Shown here: positions 1 to 12,600 of the stretch, piece by piece
Layout: every line of letters begins with the position of its first letter
How positions within the stretch are numbered: the first letter of the stretch is position 1
Assembly (NCBI RefSeq): GCF_001447785.1
Contig: NW_015168652.1
Coordinates: forward strand, 2,045,631-2,109,630
Direction: 5' to 3'
Source of the DNA: Gekko japonicus
Taxonomy: Eukaryota
Length of the DNA stretch: 64,000 nucleotides
Made by a program: the position numbers and the translations under genes
Notes under the pieces: model-generated
Databases searched by the model: none
Told to the model about the DNA's origin: nothing
Seen by the model: only the letters and a program-made list of their open reading frames with translations

Positions 1-603
1 ATCAAACAAAATTAAACTTGATTATCTTCTGTCCGATGTGAACCATGAAACAACCCGAATAGTGGCTAAGTTTGAGCACAGGTATACAAAGATTAGAAAA
101 TGCATACAGTAGCTTGAGTGAAATTTTTATAAAGTTGCAAAATTTGATCGTTTTATTTTATGTAAACCTTTGTGTATGCTGGTCATTGACTGTAAAATAA
201 AATTGTTGTTGTTGTTGAACCCGAATAAAAGCCAAATAATTTCACCTTTTATTCAGGGTTATCTATTTGGTAGCTAAATAATTTCTCAAATTTCCATTCA
301 GCTTAGAAAATACCAAAAAAATACCAATAGTGTATTCATTAGGGTTTTTCCCCCTAGTTCGGGTAAACTGAATGCACACCCCTAATCTGTATAACTGTTG
401 AGCTACTAGTCTTATTAAAACTGAAACAAATTCATCCTCCTGGGATAGCTGAAATTACATCGAGCCCTGTTTGATGCATTTAGGGATTGTACCCAGTGTC
501 TATATATGTCGTGTTACCTCCTTTGACTGTAAAAAGGCTCCCAGAATTGATCTGGTAATGGGATGTGTGTTGCTACCGACCACTTTTCTGTCTCCCTTTG
601 CAG

Positions 604-695
604 TCGAGATGAGAGGAGGTGGATTGAAAAGCAGAACAGAGCAACTCGAGCGCAAAGAAAAAAGGAAGAGATGAACAGAATAAGGACACTCGTTG
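604..695 (+). CDS. DNAJC2: DNAJC2 coding exon (approx. exon 8, counting back from the last exon of a 17-exon gene)
   Basis: ttgcag|TCGAGAT...CGTTG|gtaagt; [30 protein letters not shown]. Confidence 0.95.
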
Positions 696-3600
696 GTAAG
701 TATGAGCTCTGCATTTTCAAGGGAACTAGCTCATTAAATTCCAGACATTGTGTCACCTTCATATATGCATCTCCTTTCTTTTTTTAGACACTGCATATAG
801 CTGTGATCCTAGAATAAAGAAGTTCAAGGAAGAAGAAAAAGCAAAGAAGGAAGCAGAAAAGAAAGCAAAGGTAGATGCAAAACGAAAAGAACAGGAGGAA
901 AAAGAGAAGGTAAGTTTAAAACTTTAGATACTGATAGAGTCATCGACTCCATCATATAAAATCCTTTGGTCTTCAGCTGGTTGGATAAAAATGGCATATT
1001 GAGTAATTACCCTGTTTCTGTGAAAATGTTCAGCGGCGGCTGTTAACTGTTCACATTTTTTCAGTTGTGGTTACTCTTCTTACTTAGCTCAAGTAATGTT
1101 TTGTGACTTACTGGGAGACTTTGTATCCCCATTCTATCAGCTTCTTTCTCTGCAATGTTTAGAGTAATGAGGGTCAGTGATTAAGCAAAACGTTTCAAAA
1201 CAGATCCAGGTGGTCAGCCATGTTGGTTTGAAGCAGTAGAACAAATTTAGAGTCCAGTGGCACCTTTAAGACCAACAAAGGTTTATTCAAGGTATGAGCT
1301 TTCATGTGCAAGGCACACTTTTTCAAATACATTAGAATGGCTGTCAAGGTTCAAACTTCTAGCCAGAGAATGAACAGCAAACTAACATGCAACACGATGA
1401 TGATGAAGATATGCAAATTGACACTAAATAACAAGTTAAGGTTATAAGGTCAACAGTTGTAAAGCAATAAATATGTTAAACTAGCAGATAATGTCTAAAG
1501 GTGTCTTTTCTAATTGTGGGAAGTGTCTGGGAATCTTCATTCTCTCCTGTCAGGCATGGAGTGCACTTAACCCTACATCCCCCTCCCAAAAATGCTGTTA
1601 TGTCAGCAGACATCCTAATATCCTTTGCATACATTCAGTATTCTAATATACTATTCTGAAAAAGAAATACATTAAAATACAGAGGATTTGACTGCCATTC
1701 TAATTTTCAAAGCAATCCCTGCCAATTAGATGTGCTTGCCGAGGTGCTTTTTCTCTGTCCTATCCATCAGTCCTTTGGGACTGTTACGGTGAAGCCAAAA
1801 AAACCATTGTGGGTTCAAATGGATGTTGGTATATTTTGGGAACAAACCCTAGAAATTTAAGAAAAGCAAGCTGCTCAAATTATGGAAGTTCATTTTAAAC
1901 ATGTTTCATTGGGCTAACAATGTGAGGTATGCCCATAGGCTGAAATCTTCTCAAGTGGAATGATGCTTCTCAAGTGGAATGATGCTTCTCAAATGGGATG
2001 CAGATGCTTATTAGAATGCTATGAACATTCTACTAAAACAGTTTAACCCATCAGCCCTGGGCACTCCTCTAGCACCAGTCTTGTTAACTAGTTTAGTTAC
2101 TTGAGCCTTGAAAGCATAGACATATGTATCTCGGTAAACTTACGACTAAGGGAGTGTAGAAATTTGATATCTGGTATTGTATTATTGGTGTTTCCATTCC
2201 AGTAGCCTCAAGCAGTGCTCTCCAACATGGCGACTTCTGATAAGTTTCCTGGTGCCCATTCTTCTGCCCCAAAGCAAAAAGCTAGTCCTGGCTTTCCATC
2301 TCCTCATTGGAGCAGAAAATGCTTCGGAAGAGGAATCAACTGTGTCTGCAGGGGGATTCCATTTGGGAAGAGCTGCTTCCACCATAGGAGGATGCTTAGC
2401 TTAGAACTGCCCAACACTTGTGACTGGCTCCAGCCTCCATGACAGCAAATTTTTTGTGGGGCCTGCTAGTGTTCTTAACATGGTAAAAGTGCCCACTGGC
2501 TCCTAACATACAGCGTCACAAAGTGACTTTGGGCTAAACAGTTAATGTATGAGGTAATACAAAAGTTAAATCAAAGATGTATAAGAAACCCCGGATTGTT
2601 TGTATTTATGTTTGTTTGTGCCTTTGGGTGATTCTAGAATTTTCTTTTGTTTCAGCAAAGGCAAGCAGAATTGGAAGCAGTCCGGTTAGCCAAGGAGAAA
2701 AAAGAGGAAGAAACTAGACAACAAGCACTGCTGATTAAGAAGGAGAAAGACATACAGAAAAAAGCAATTAAAAAGGAAAGGCAAAAGCTGCGAACCATCT
2801 GCAAGGTATCTGGCTTTCATGTGTGTGTCAAGTGCTGTCAAGATGCTTCTGACTTATGGTGACAATATGAATTAATGTCCTTCAAAACATCCTATCGTTA
2901 ACAACCATTTCCAGGTCTTATAAAATGAGGACCATGGCTTCCTGGATTGAGTTAATACATCTCATGTTGGGTCTTCCTCTTTTCCTACTGCCTTCAAGTT
3001 TTGCCAGCATTATTGTCTTTTCCAGTGAGTCTTGTCCTCTCATGATGTGACCAAAGTACAATAGCCTCAGTTTAGTCATTTTAGCTTCTAGGAAGAGTTC
3101 AGGCTTGATTTGATCTAGAACCCACTTATTTGTCTTTTTGGCAGTCCACGGCATCCGTAAAACTCTCCTCCAACACCACATTTCAAGAATCTACTTTCTT
3201 CCCATCAGCCTTCTTCATTCTTCATTGTATGCCCATATAGTAATGGAGAATACTATGGCATGAATTAAATTGATATTGGTGGTGGCCAGTGGCACACACT
3301 CATGGATCCTTTGTAGCTCTTTAATGGCCGCCCTCCCCAGTCTCAGTCTCCTTCAGATTTCTTGGTTGCAGTCTCCCTTTCGGTCGATGATGGAACCACG
3401 GAATAGAAAATCTTGAACAATTCCAATTTCTTCATTGTGAACCTTAAAGCTGTGTAATTCCCAGTAGTCATTTCTTTTGTCTTCTTGACGTTCAGCTATA
3501 ATGTTCAGCTATAATCCTGCTTTGGTGCTTTCTCTTTTAACCTTTATCCGTAGTCACTTCAAGTCTTTACTGTTTTATGCCAGTGTCATGGTATCATCTG

Positions 3601-6600
3601 CGTATCTCAAATTGTTGATGTTCCTTCCACCAGTTTTCACTCCACCATCTAATCTAATCCAGTTTTCCTTCTGATATGTTTAGATATGTTCTGCATACAG
3701 TTTGAAGAGATAGGGAGATAAAATGCATCTTTGTCTGACACCTTTGCCAGTTAAAAACCATTCTGTTTCTCCATATTCTGTCCTAACCGGCCTCTTATCT
3801 GGAGTATAGGTTGTACATCAAAACCATTTCCTTTAAGACCAACCATATCTTTTTATGATCTACACAGTCAGTAGCTGTTTGTACATTTGGCTTAAGACCT
3901 CTGGTCAATGGAGCTAATAAATGAAAGGACTACACAGTCAAAAGCTTTGCTGTAATCTATGAAAGAACCTGATTTCCTTCTGAAATTTGGCTTTTACCGC
4001 AGCTAGATGTTCCATTGTTTCCAGTGGCTGAATCCTTGAACATTGGTTTGGAATAGGAGTGCCCTTATACTGGAAGGGGAAACTTGGATTCCATACCTAA
4101 ATGACATTTTACACTTTTCATTAAGGCAAAAATATCATCACTATGCAACTTATGCAGGTTATCTCAGTTGGATATGGTTTAAAGAAAAGATGCGAAGGCT
4201 GCAATCCTATTTACACTTAGCAGAGAGTATATTCTACTGAGCTTGGTGGGATAAACTTTTGAGTAGCCCTGCTTATGATTGCATTGTAAACTGAACTGCA
4301 CTAATCAGATGAACAAAATCACTGGTCTTGTTTTCCACCAATCAGATTGCCTTGGACAAACAGTCCTTCGTAATGGCTCTCTAAGGTGTGTGCGTCTGCA
4401 TGCATGTGTGTACAAATGAAGAGCACTTAACTAGGAATTTTAGCTATTTAGAGAACCACACAAAAATGCTCACTTCTCCTTTTCTTCTCATTGTTTTAAC
4501 TGAGAGCCTGTTCACAGTGTACCAAGTCAAGATTGCTGACTGCTCAAAGACATATTGCTCCACCCATAATAAATTTCTATATTCTTTTTAAATGTTTGTA
4601 TTTTAAAAGTAAATACACACTCAATTTTCATATCCACTTTTGCCATTATCTTCATTTATTTCGTTTATTATGATCCATGATGGGCCAACATAAGGACAGA
4701 AGCTAAACACAAAACATAAATAAAATAGTAAAAATTCTTAGGCCATTTATAAAAGGATAGAAGTCTCTGCTTCCTTATCAGCTGAGCCAAAACAAAAATC
4801 TGGCCACCTTAAGAGTGATTTCATTAAAGCAATCTGCAAGGAGAGTGGACAGCCCTGTAACCAGAAAATTTTCAGGAGGGGATGTTTGGGACGGGGTCAA
4901 ACAACAGCTGATCACCCTTGGGTCAAGCAAGGAGGCCTTGGGTCAAGCAAGGAGGGTCAAGTGGCACCCTGGGGTCAAGTGAGCAGGGCCCCTGCCTTGG
5001 CCTGTATGGTGGGGGAGCTGGAGCATGCTGCCGTGCAAGGCTACCTCCCAGCCAGTCGGCTGGCTGAGGCTGCTCTTGCACTTGCCAGCGCCGAGCGCAC
5101 ACCCTTCCTCACCCACTCTTGTTTGCTTCCTCCGCTGGGCTGGCGGAGCCAGCAAGCCAGCTGCTCTTGCTACTTCCCTCCAGACCAGCAGCCCCAGGCT
5201 CCCTCCGCCTTCTGGGAGAGGGGAGGGGGAACCGGGAGATGAAGGGGCAGGGCAAATTCGGAAGGGAGCATTGCCCCAAGCTATTAGCCTGAGAGTGGAT
5301 ATATAAAATTTACCAGATCCTCCTGGAAATTTAGATAAAATAGGGGTAATCTATTGGGAACGAAAATCCTTTTAAAATGAACAGTGAAGTAACACGTGTT
5401 CAGCCATTTCCATGGCATTCACTTCGCAAAAATACAAATAGTGGGAATAAGGGATACCTAGATATAGCCTTGCAACAGAGCTAAAGTAGAACATCAAAAC
5501 AGGCCAATGCTCTGCAATATTTTGAAAATTCTATGGCAAAGAGGTCATTTCCCCTGGAACAAAATTTTGACCATGATTCCCTGCTGCTGGACAAGAGTGG
5601 ACTCAGGCTCTATCAAAGAGCTGTATCCCAGTTTTTTAAATTATTTCTCTAGCTCCCAGGAGCCCAAGGTAGCATAGAGCTGAAGGAGCAAGCTCATAAA
5701 ATTGTAATTTCTTCTTAACGGCATCCACCCAGCCTGAATTAAGATTATCTAAGAGAATTAAAAGAGCTAATCCAAGAGGGTTCAAGTTTAACTTGTCAGA
5801 ATCACACTACTTGGTACCAGTTGTGCGCTTCTAATGAAGCACACCACCCCCAACTCTGATCTGAGGAGGGCATTAGAAATATAGCATGGGACACCAAATA
5901 AAGATCTGAGAAAGATAGATAGAATTGCTTCCAGAATCAAAACCAGTTTCTAAGAACATAAGAAGAGCCCTGCTAGATCAGATGAGTGGTCCATCTATTC
6001 CAGCATCCTGTCTCACACAGTGGCCAACCAGTACCTCTGGAGTGCCAACAACAGGGCACAGACATCAAGACCTTCCCCTGTTGTTGCCTTCTGGCTCTGG
6101 GATTCAGAGGTTTAGTGCCTCTGGATATGGAGTTTCCCCTCAGTTACCATGGCATAAGAACATAAGAAAAGCCCTGCTGGATCAGTCCAATGGTCCATCT
6201 AGTTATGTATTCTTCTTTTTAAATGTTTGCATTTTTAACAGAAATACACATTCATTTTAATGTTCATATCTGCTTTTTCTGTTATACAAGAACAGATCTT
6301 TCTCTCAATAGAGACCTTCAGTTCCCAATGTTTCTGTCACAACGTCTCTTTGATCAAAACCAGATTCTCTGGGACCAATTCTCTCTTGCATTCTTTTTGT
6401 AGATTTTATTTTGCTGCTCTTCCTTTTTGACATTTCTGTGGTAAGCCATCTTAAGGTAGGCAGCACAGAAAACAATTCTTAAGGAGGAATGGTTTTAAAA
6501 AGGTGTGAACTTGTCCCACAACTTATGGTGAGTTTGTTCAGTTTCACCTCCAAACATGTCTTGCGGGGTTGTGAAACAGGTGACCGACAATGATCCATCA

Positions 6601-9600
6601 TGATCGTCAACATGTGAAACAGTATTCATCACTGTGGATGCTTCTGGTAGTGAGAACAAAACAATGTGTGAATTGTCCTTTCTAAAATTCTTCAGGTTCT
6701 GAACGTGCAAAAGTAAAAAATGAATTTTAACAAAGATCTAAAAAATTGGCATGTGAATTCTAAAAGTAAATTATGCACACCAAGCACAGTAATATTAGGA
6801 ATATTAGGAAACGAGATCTTGAGTTTTGAAAAGAGAAGTTGGTGCAGCTTCTGAGGAGTGCATTATCCGTGTAGAATATGGCCACAGTCATAAAAGCACT
6901 GAAGTAACTGCTTGGAAATTGTGCGCATACCACATTTTCTTGTCTGAAGCTTGTGGTGTTGTGTTTTCAGAACTGGAATTACTTTTCTGACAACGAGGCT
7001 GAGTGTGTTAAGATGATGGAGGAAGTGGAAAAGCTTTGTGATCGTCTGGAGTTGGCAAGGTATGCTTTTCTGACCTACACACCTATGTTTTTTGACCTTC
7101 AGCTTTCCACTAGATCTGAAATATCGTTCAATAATTTATTTTTAGTCTGCAGTGCTTGAATGAAGCACTTACCTCCACAACAAGGGACGAAGGAAAGGCT
7201 GCTGTAGAAAAACAGGTAATTATAAATTATAAATCTTTTGTCCTGTACAGTGAATCAGCATAATGAAACTACCAAGGCAAGCCTATAGAGCCACATGAAT
7301 ACTGAATATGTACTTTATAGTGTTTAAGAAAGAACTTACACTGCAGAATCTTCTAAAGAAGCTGCTTCCACAGCTGAGAATACCTGGTTCCATTGCTCTT
7401 GCCAAACCCGACCAAATCTAATTGTGTAACATGCAAGAGACAAAAGCTTTCTAGAGGTTAGCACGTAAACCTTTGTGCACAACATAGTTGCAGTCTTTTT
7501 TGTGTGTGAGTAGTGTGTGTGCGTGCGCGCCTGGAAGTCATGGTTGACTTCTGGTGACCCCTAGTGGGGCTTAGACACTTCAGAGGTGGCTTACTATTGC
7601 CTGCCTCTACATCCCAGCCTTGGTATTCCTTGGGTGTCTCTCTTCCGAATACTTGCCAGGGTCGGCCCTACTTTGCTTTCGGGATCTGACGAGATTGGGC
7701 TTTGCCCGGGCTATCCAGGTCAGGACAACACTACTGCAATCTTGATGAGGTATGCAAGAGGGGAAAATGTGATACTGAACCTCATGGTTCTGTGGTAGAG
7801 CATGTGCTTGGCACACAGAAGCTCCTAGGTCCAATCACTGCCATCTCTAGTTAAAGGATCAGGTAACAGGTGATGTGAGACCTCTGTCTAATACCCCAGA
7901 GTGCCAGTTGGAGTAGACAGTACTGATCTTGAGGGATCAGTGGCCAGATTCAGTGTAGGACAGCTTCATGTATCTAAAGTGTTGCTGGATCAGACCCACA
8001 TCCTGTCCCACAGAGGCCAACCAGTTATTCTGGAGACTCAACAGCAGGGCATGGATGTCAAAGCCTTCCTTTGCTGATGCCTTCTGGCACTGGTATTCAA
8101 AGGCTTAATGCCTTTGAACATGAAGGTTTCCTTTCATCGTGGTTTTCTTTCATGAAGGTCTCCTTTCATCATGGCTAGTAGCCACTGATGGAGAACTAAT
8201 TGAATAAAGTAGTATTTCCTGCTATCTGGAATCTTTTGCCCAACACCTTCATGGGGTGCCCCCTGAGTTCAGTATTCTGGGAGAGAGAGAGAGAAAGTTC
8301 TCTCTATCCACTCTCTCTGCCCCATGCATAACTTTATAAACCTCTATCATGTCTTTTTCCTAAACTAGAAAGTCCCAGCCTCTTTTTGTAGGAAAGGTGC
8401 TCCAGTCCCTTGATCATCTTAGTAGCCATCTTCTTCCCTTTTTCCAGCTCTGGTAATGCCTTTTTTATATATGGGAAGAAAAATTGCATCCAGTATTCCA
8501 AATGAGGCCCACCATAGAACTGTACAGGTACATGTATCTATGGTTTCTAGGGGGGAAAGTTCTCTCCGTGTGTGAATATGGTTTGAATGTTACCTATGAG
8601 AGCCAGTTTGGTGTAGTGGTTAAGTGCGCGGACTCTAATCTGGGAGAACCGGGTTTGATTCCCTACTCCTCCATTTGCACCTGCTGATGTGACCTTGGGT
8701 CAGTCACAAGCTCTGGCACAGCTGTCCTTGAAAAAGAGCAGTTTGTGTCAAGAATTCTCTCAGCCCCACCCACCTCACAGGGTGTCTGTTCTGGGGAGGG
8801 GAAGGGAAAGGAGTTTGTAAGCCGGTCAGAGTCCAAGTGAAGGGCGGGGTATAAATCCAATCTCTTCTCTTCTTCTTCTTCTATGTTGTAGGAAAGGAAA
8901 TTTGTAGTCCCCCAACAAAATGATTATTGGCTGAAAGGAGGAAGACATTCTCAGCAGAGTAGCTAATGTCAGAACTTCAGTATGGTCTGACAGTTCTGAG
9001 TATGCGATACAGCAACAAACATGCAGCATACACACACATGGTGAAATCCTCTATAAACTGATGATAAAATTTCTTCTTTCAGTGGCCTTAAGAGCTACCC
9101 ACTAGAATCAGAAATCAATCCAACTCTTTCTACTACGTGTAAAGTTTTTGACCAAAAAAAATTCTTGTTTAATCATTTTGAAAATTTTATGATCAGACAT
9201 TCTAGGGTCAGAACAGTTATTTTATTACTCTGCAGATGCTATCTTTTTTTTTAATACAGTGTACTTGCTTACAAATTCTATTTGCATGGGATACCAATCA
9301 ACTTCTTCTCCTACAGTGATTAGTGGAACAAAATGAGCCTGAGAATTTGAGGCAGTTGCTTAGCAGCTTGGGTGAAGGGTTTTGTTTGCAGAAATTCATT
9401 ACCAGAACTGGGTTTTTTTATATTCACATAGATAGAAGAAGTAAATGAACAGATAAGAAAAGAGAGAGAAGAAGCAGATGCTCGTTTGCGACAGACAACA
9501 AAAAGTTCTGAGAAATCAACCGGTGGAGGTGGTGGCGGAAGTAAGAACTGGTCAGAAGATGACTTGCAGTTGCTTATTAAAGCTGTAAACCTCTTCCCTG

Positions 9601-12600
9601 CTGGGACTAATTCAAGGTATATATACGTTGGTAAATAGTATGTGTGTATGTGTATAAATTTATATTCTTGCCCTCCCATCCAAAAGTGTGCCATCAAGCC
9701 ACAGCTGGTCTTTAGCTATTAGATAAGAACGTTCAAGAAATCAGTCCAAAAGTGGTATCTCAGACCTATAGAAAAGGTGTTCTATCCATGGGTCTTTGTA
9801 AGTCAGCTGTCAACTAGAATGACTTTATCTTGGCACTTTTCTCTTCAAAAAATATTCCGTGTCATTAACTCCTGGCATGGTGTTGGAGGGAATGAGTTGA
9901 AAATCAATGCATTTTCAAGGGAAGTCCCTTCCACCTTCTCTTTTCAAGGATATTGTATGGTTGGCAATTGCTAACTGTACACCTGAAGCAAAATCACTTA
10001 GTTTTATTGAATAAAATAATGTTCCGTCCTACAAGCATTTTCATTTGTGGATTAAAAAGATTCCCTTCAAAGGCCATGTTACTTTTTAACTGGTTGAAAG
10101 CATGGGCATACTAGTTTCAGGAATATGTGTAAACTTTTCTTTTTCTTGTGCACATGTAGGTGGGAAGTTATTGCCAATTATATGAATTTGCACTCTACTA
10201 CTGGAATAAAGCGAACAGCAAAAGATGTCATCAACAAAGCAAAGAGCCTCCAGAAACTTGGTATCTTTATCTTTGTAAGATGGTCTGCATGCTTCTATTT
10301 TATGTACAACTGAATTGAGCTTTCATTCTACAAGCATAAGCATGTTTTGGTTGCCAATCCCTCTCTCCCCCAATTAAATTGTGAGAGGAAAATTCCTGCA
10401 CTCCTCCGTTCTATGGCATGTGGCTTGCCTGCATTGCTGCATTGCTGTTAATTCCCCCCCCCCTAATTAGAGGCAGGCCATCAGGTGTGTAATGTGGGCG
10501 GGGACTTGCACATGTCCCTTGGTTTGCGCTCTGCTAGAATTTTGGGAAGTGTTGTGATGAACAGCTTGTGTCCTGGGCTTACACAGAAACTTCCCCACCA
10601 CCCACTGCAATCTGCTGTGCTCCCTGAAATGCAGTTCCTAGGGTCTGTAGAGCCCCAGGATTGTTGGGGGTGGGGTCTGCAGGGGAAGGAGGGAAATATA
10701 ACACAAGTAGAAATAGTTTAAAGTCTGACACAGTGTAACCTGTTGCAGCAATACAATTCAGAAATTCAGACTATATTGCAGAGATAACTGCCTGTGCCCA
10801 CTAAAGGCAGGCAATTCAAGCATCATTGTTACTGACAAAAGATACCAGGCTAAGTGGCTCCCAAATGAAAGAGGCAAAGAAAATGTTTGCAGTCTTGTTT
10901 ATGCTATTCATCTGGAGATGTTGCTTAGCCTGTGCATAATCCATGTGCTCAGCTCCCCTGTTGTATTTGAGGAAGACAAAGAGGCAGGGAGTGCTAAATT
11001 CAAAATTAAGAATCATTGATCATGGCCAGGTTAAACCTGAGTAAACATTCGCTAATGGAGGAAGTGGACGGCCTTTCAGTTGCTTTCCCTAGCTCCTGTT
11101 GTAGAACAAAATTGAAGACACAGTGTGGTATAGTGTTGAAGAAAGACCTGGCAGACCCTGGTTTGAAGCCCCTCTGCCATAGAAGCTTGCTGAATAGTGA
11201 CCTGGTCCAGTCACCTACACTCAACCTCAGAGGGTTGTTATAAGAATAAAATGGAGAGGAAAATGATGTCTTTAGTTCCTATTGGGGATCCCATAAATTA
11301 AGTAAATAAATAGACACATATGTCCATGACTGATATGGTTTAAATTTCAACTTTTCATATGGGGAAACATGCAGGGGCCAGTATAAACTGATTCTCATAA
11401 TTTAGCTTAAAAGTAAAAACTTTTTTAAAAAAAATCTGGATATAAACATTCTATAAAGCTCTCTTTACAATGAGCCCATTTAAAACAAGCTTAAGTTTCT
11501 AAATGCCAATCCAATTTCTCTGTCACATGTCTGTAGGCCATGGCTTATTTTGTACTGAGATCAGCTAATCAGTCTCTTTTTTCTCAGACCCTCATCAAAA
11601 GGATGATATCAACAAAAAGGCTTTTGATAAATTTAAAAAAGAGCATGGTGTTGTGCCAGAGACAGAGATTGCTACACCATCCGAACGGTTTGAAGGTAAA
11701 TATGAAAGAACTCTTTTTCAGTATTCTGGGAAACAGTTTACTCCTAAACCACACTTTGTTAGGACTGTGCCTACCAAAGATTCTTTTGTATTCTATTGAG
11801 ATTGGAGTAGCGAGAACCAGGACAGATCTTCTGCACTTTAGTGCCAGTTTGATTTTTGTATGTGAAAAACCACATCTAAATCAGTTGAAACTCTTGGGGT
11901 GTCAGATGAGCTGTGACCCATCTGTAGAGGTAATAAATAAATAAACTCCTATAGTCCAGCATTTGTAGAGATTTGGACAGAAGATGTGCTAGAAGATGTT
12001 CACACATCTCAGAAGATGCAAAGCTTACTGAACTGCAAAAAAGGCTATTCATTTCCTGTGTCCCAGGAGCTTGAACTAAAGGTAGACATTTGGTGAACTA
12101 GAAAGTTACCAGTAGGATTTCTGTAGATCTATCTTTCATACAGGACTTGTGTAACCATTTAATTTTCATATTGATTGCATTCTTCACCAGTACCATTTAC
12201 AGACTCCTCTCCTTGGACCACAGAAGAGCAAAAACTTTTAGAACAAGCTTTGAAGACCTATCCAGTGAATACTCCTGAAAGGTGGGAGAAAATAGCAGCT
12301 TCTGTCCCAGGCCGATCTAAAAAAGACTGCATGAAGCGATATAAGGTAGGCAAATGCTATTCTTGGTTTTACTTTAAGAATATATACATACAGTTAGGCC
12401 ATTATTTGATTACCAAAACATTATTAGACATGGAGGTAAGTCCTTAGAACACATAAGTGTTCTCTTCCACAACCTTTACTCTCTCTTCTGTGCTATAGGA
12501 ACAGTAACTTTTCCTTGGGCAACAACATGACCAAAGTTTAACAGCTGTTTGCTGAGAACCATTATTAGCAACTCTACTTCTCTAGATTGCTCAAGATGGC

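Noticed and set aside
8598-8660. tRNA-like A/B boxes, and 5S rRNA-like segments at 7.6, 33.3 and 48.1 kb
   Set aside because: These are SINE heads followed by SINE bodies and tails, not tRNA or rRNA genes.
10261-11587. Donor GTATCTTT resembles the U12 consensus GTATCCTT
   Set aside because: No TCCTTAAC branch site near the acceptor; a U2-type CTAAT branch and a polypyrimidine tract are present.
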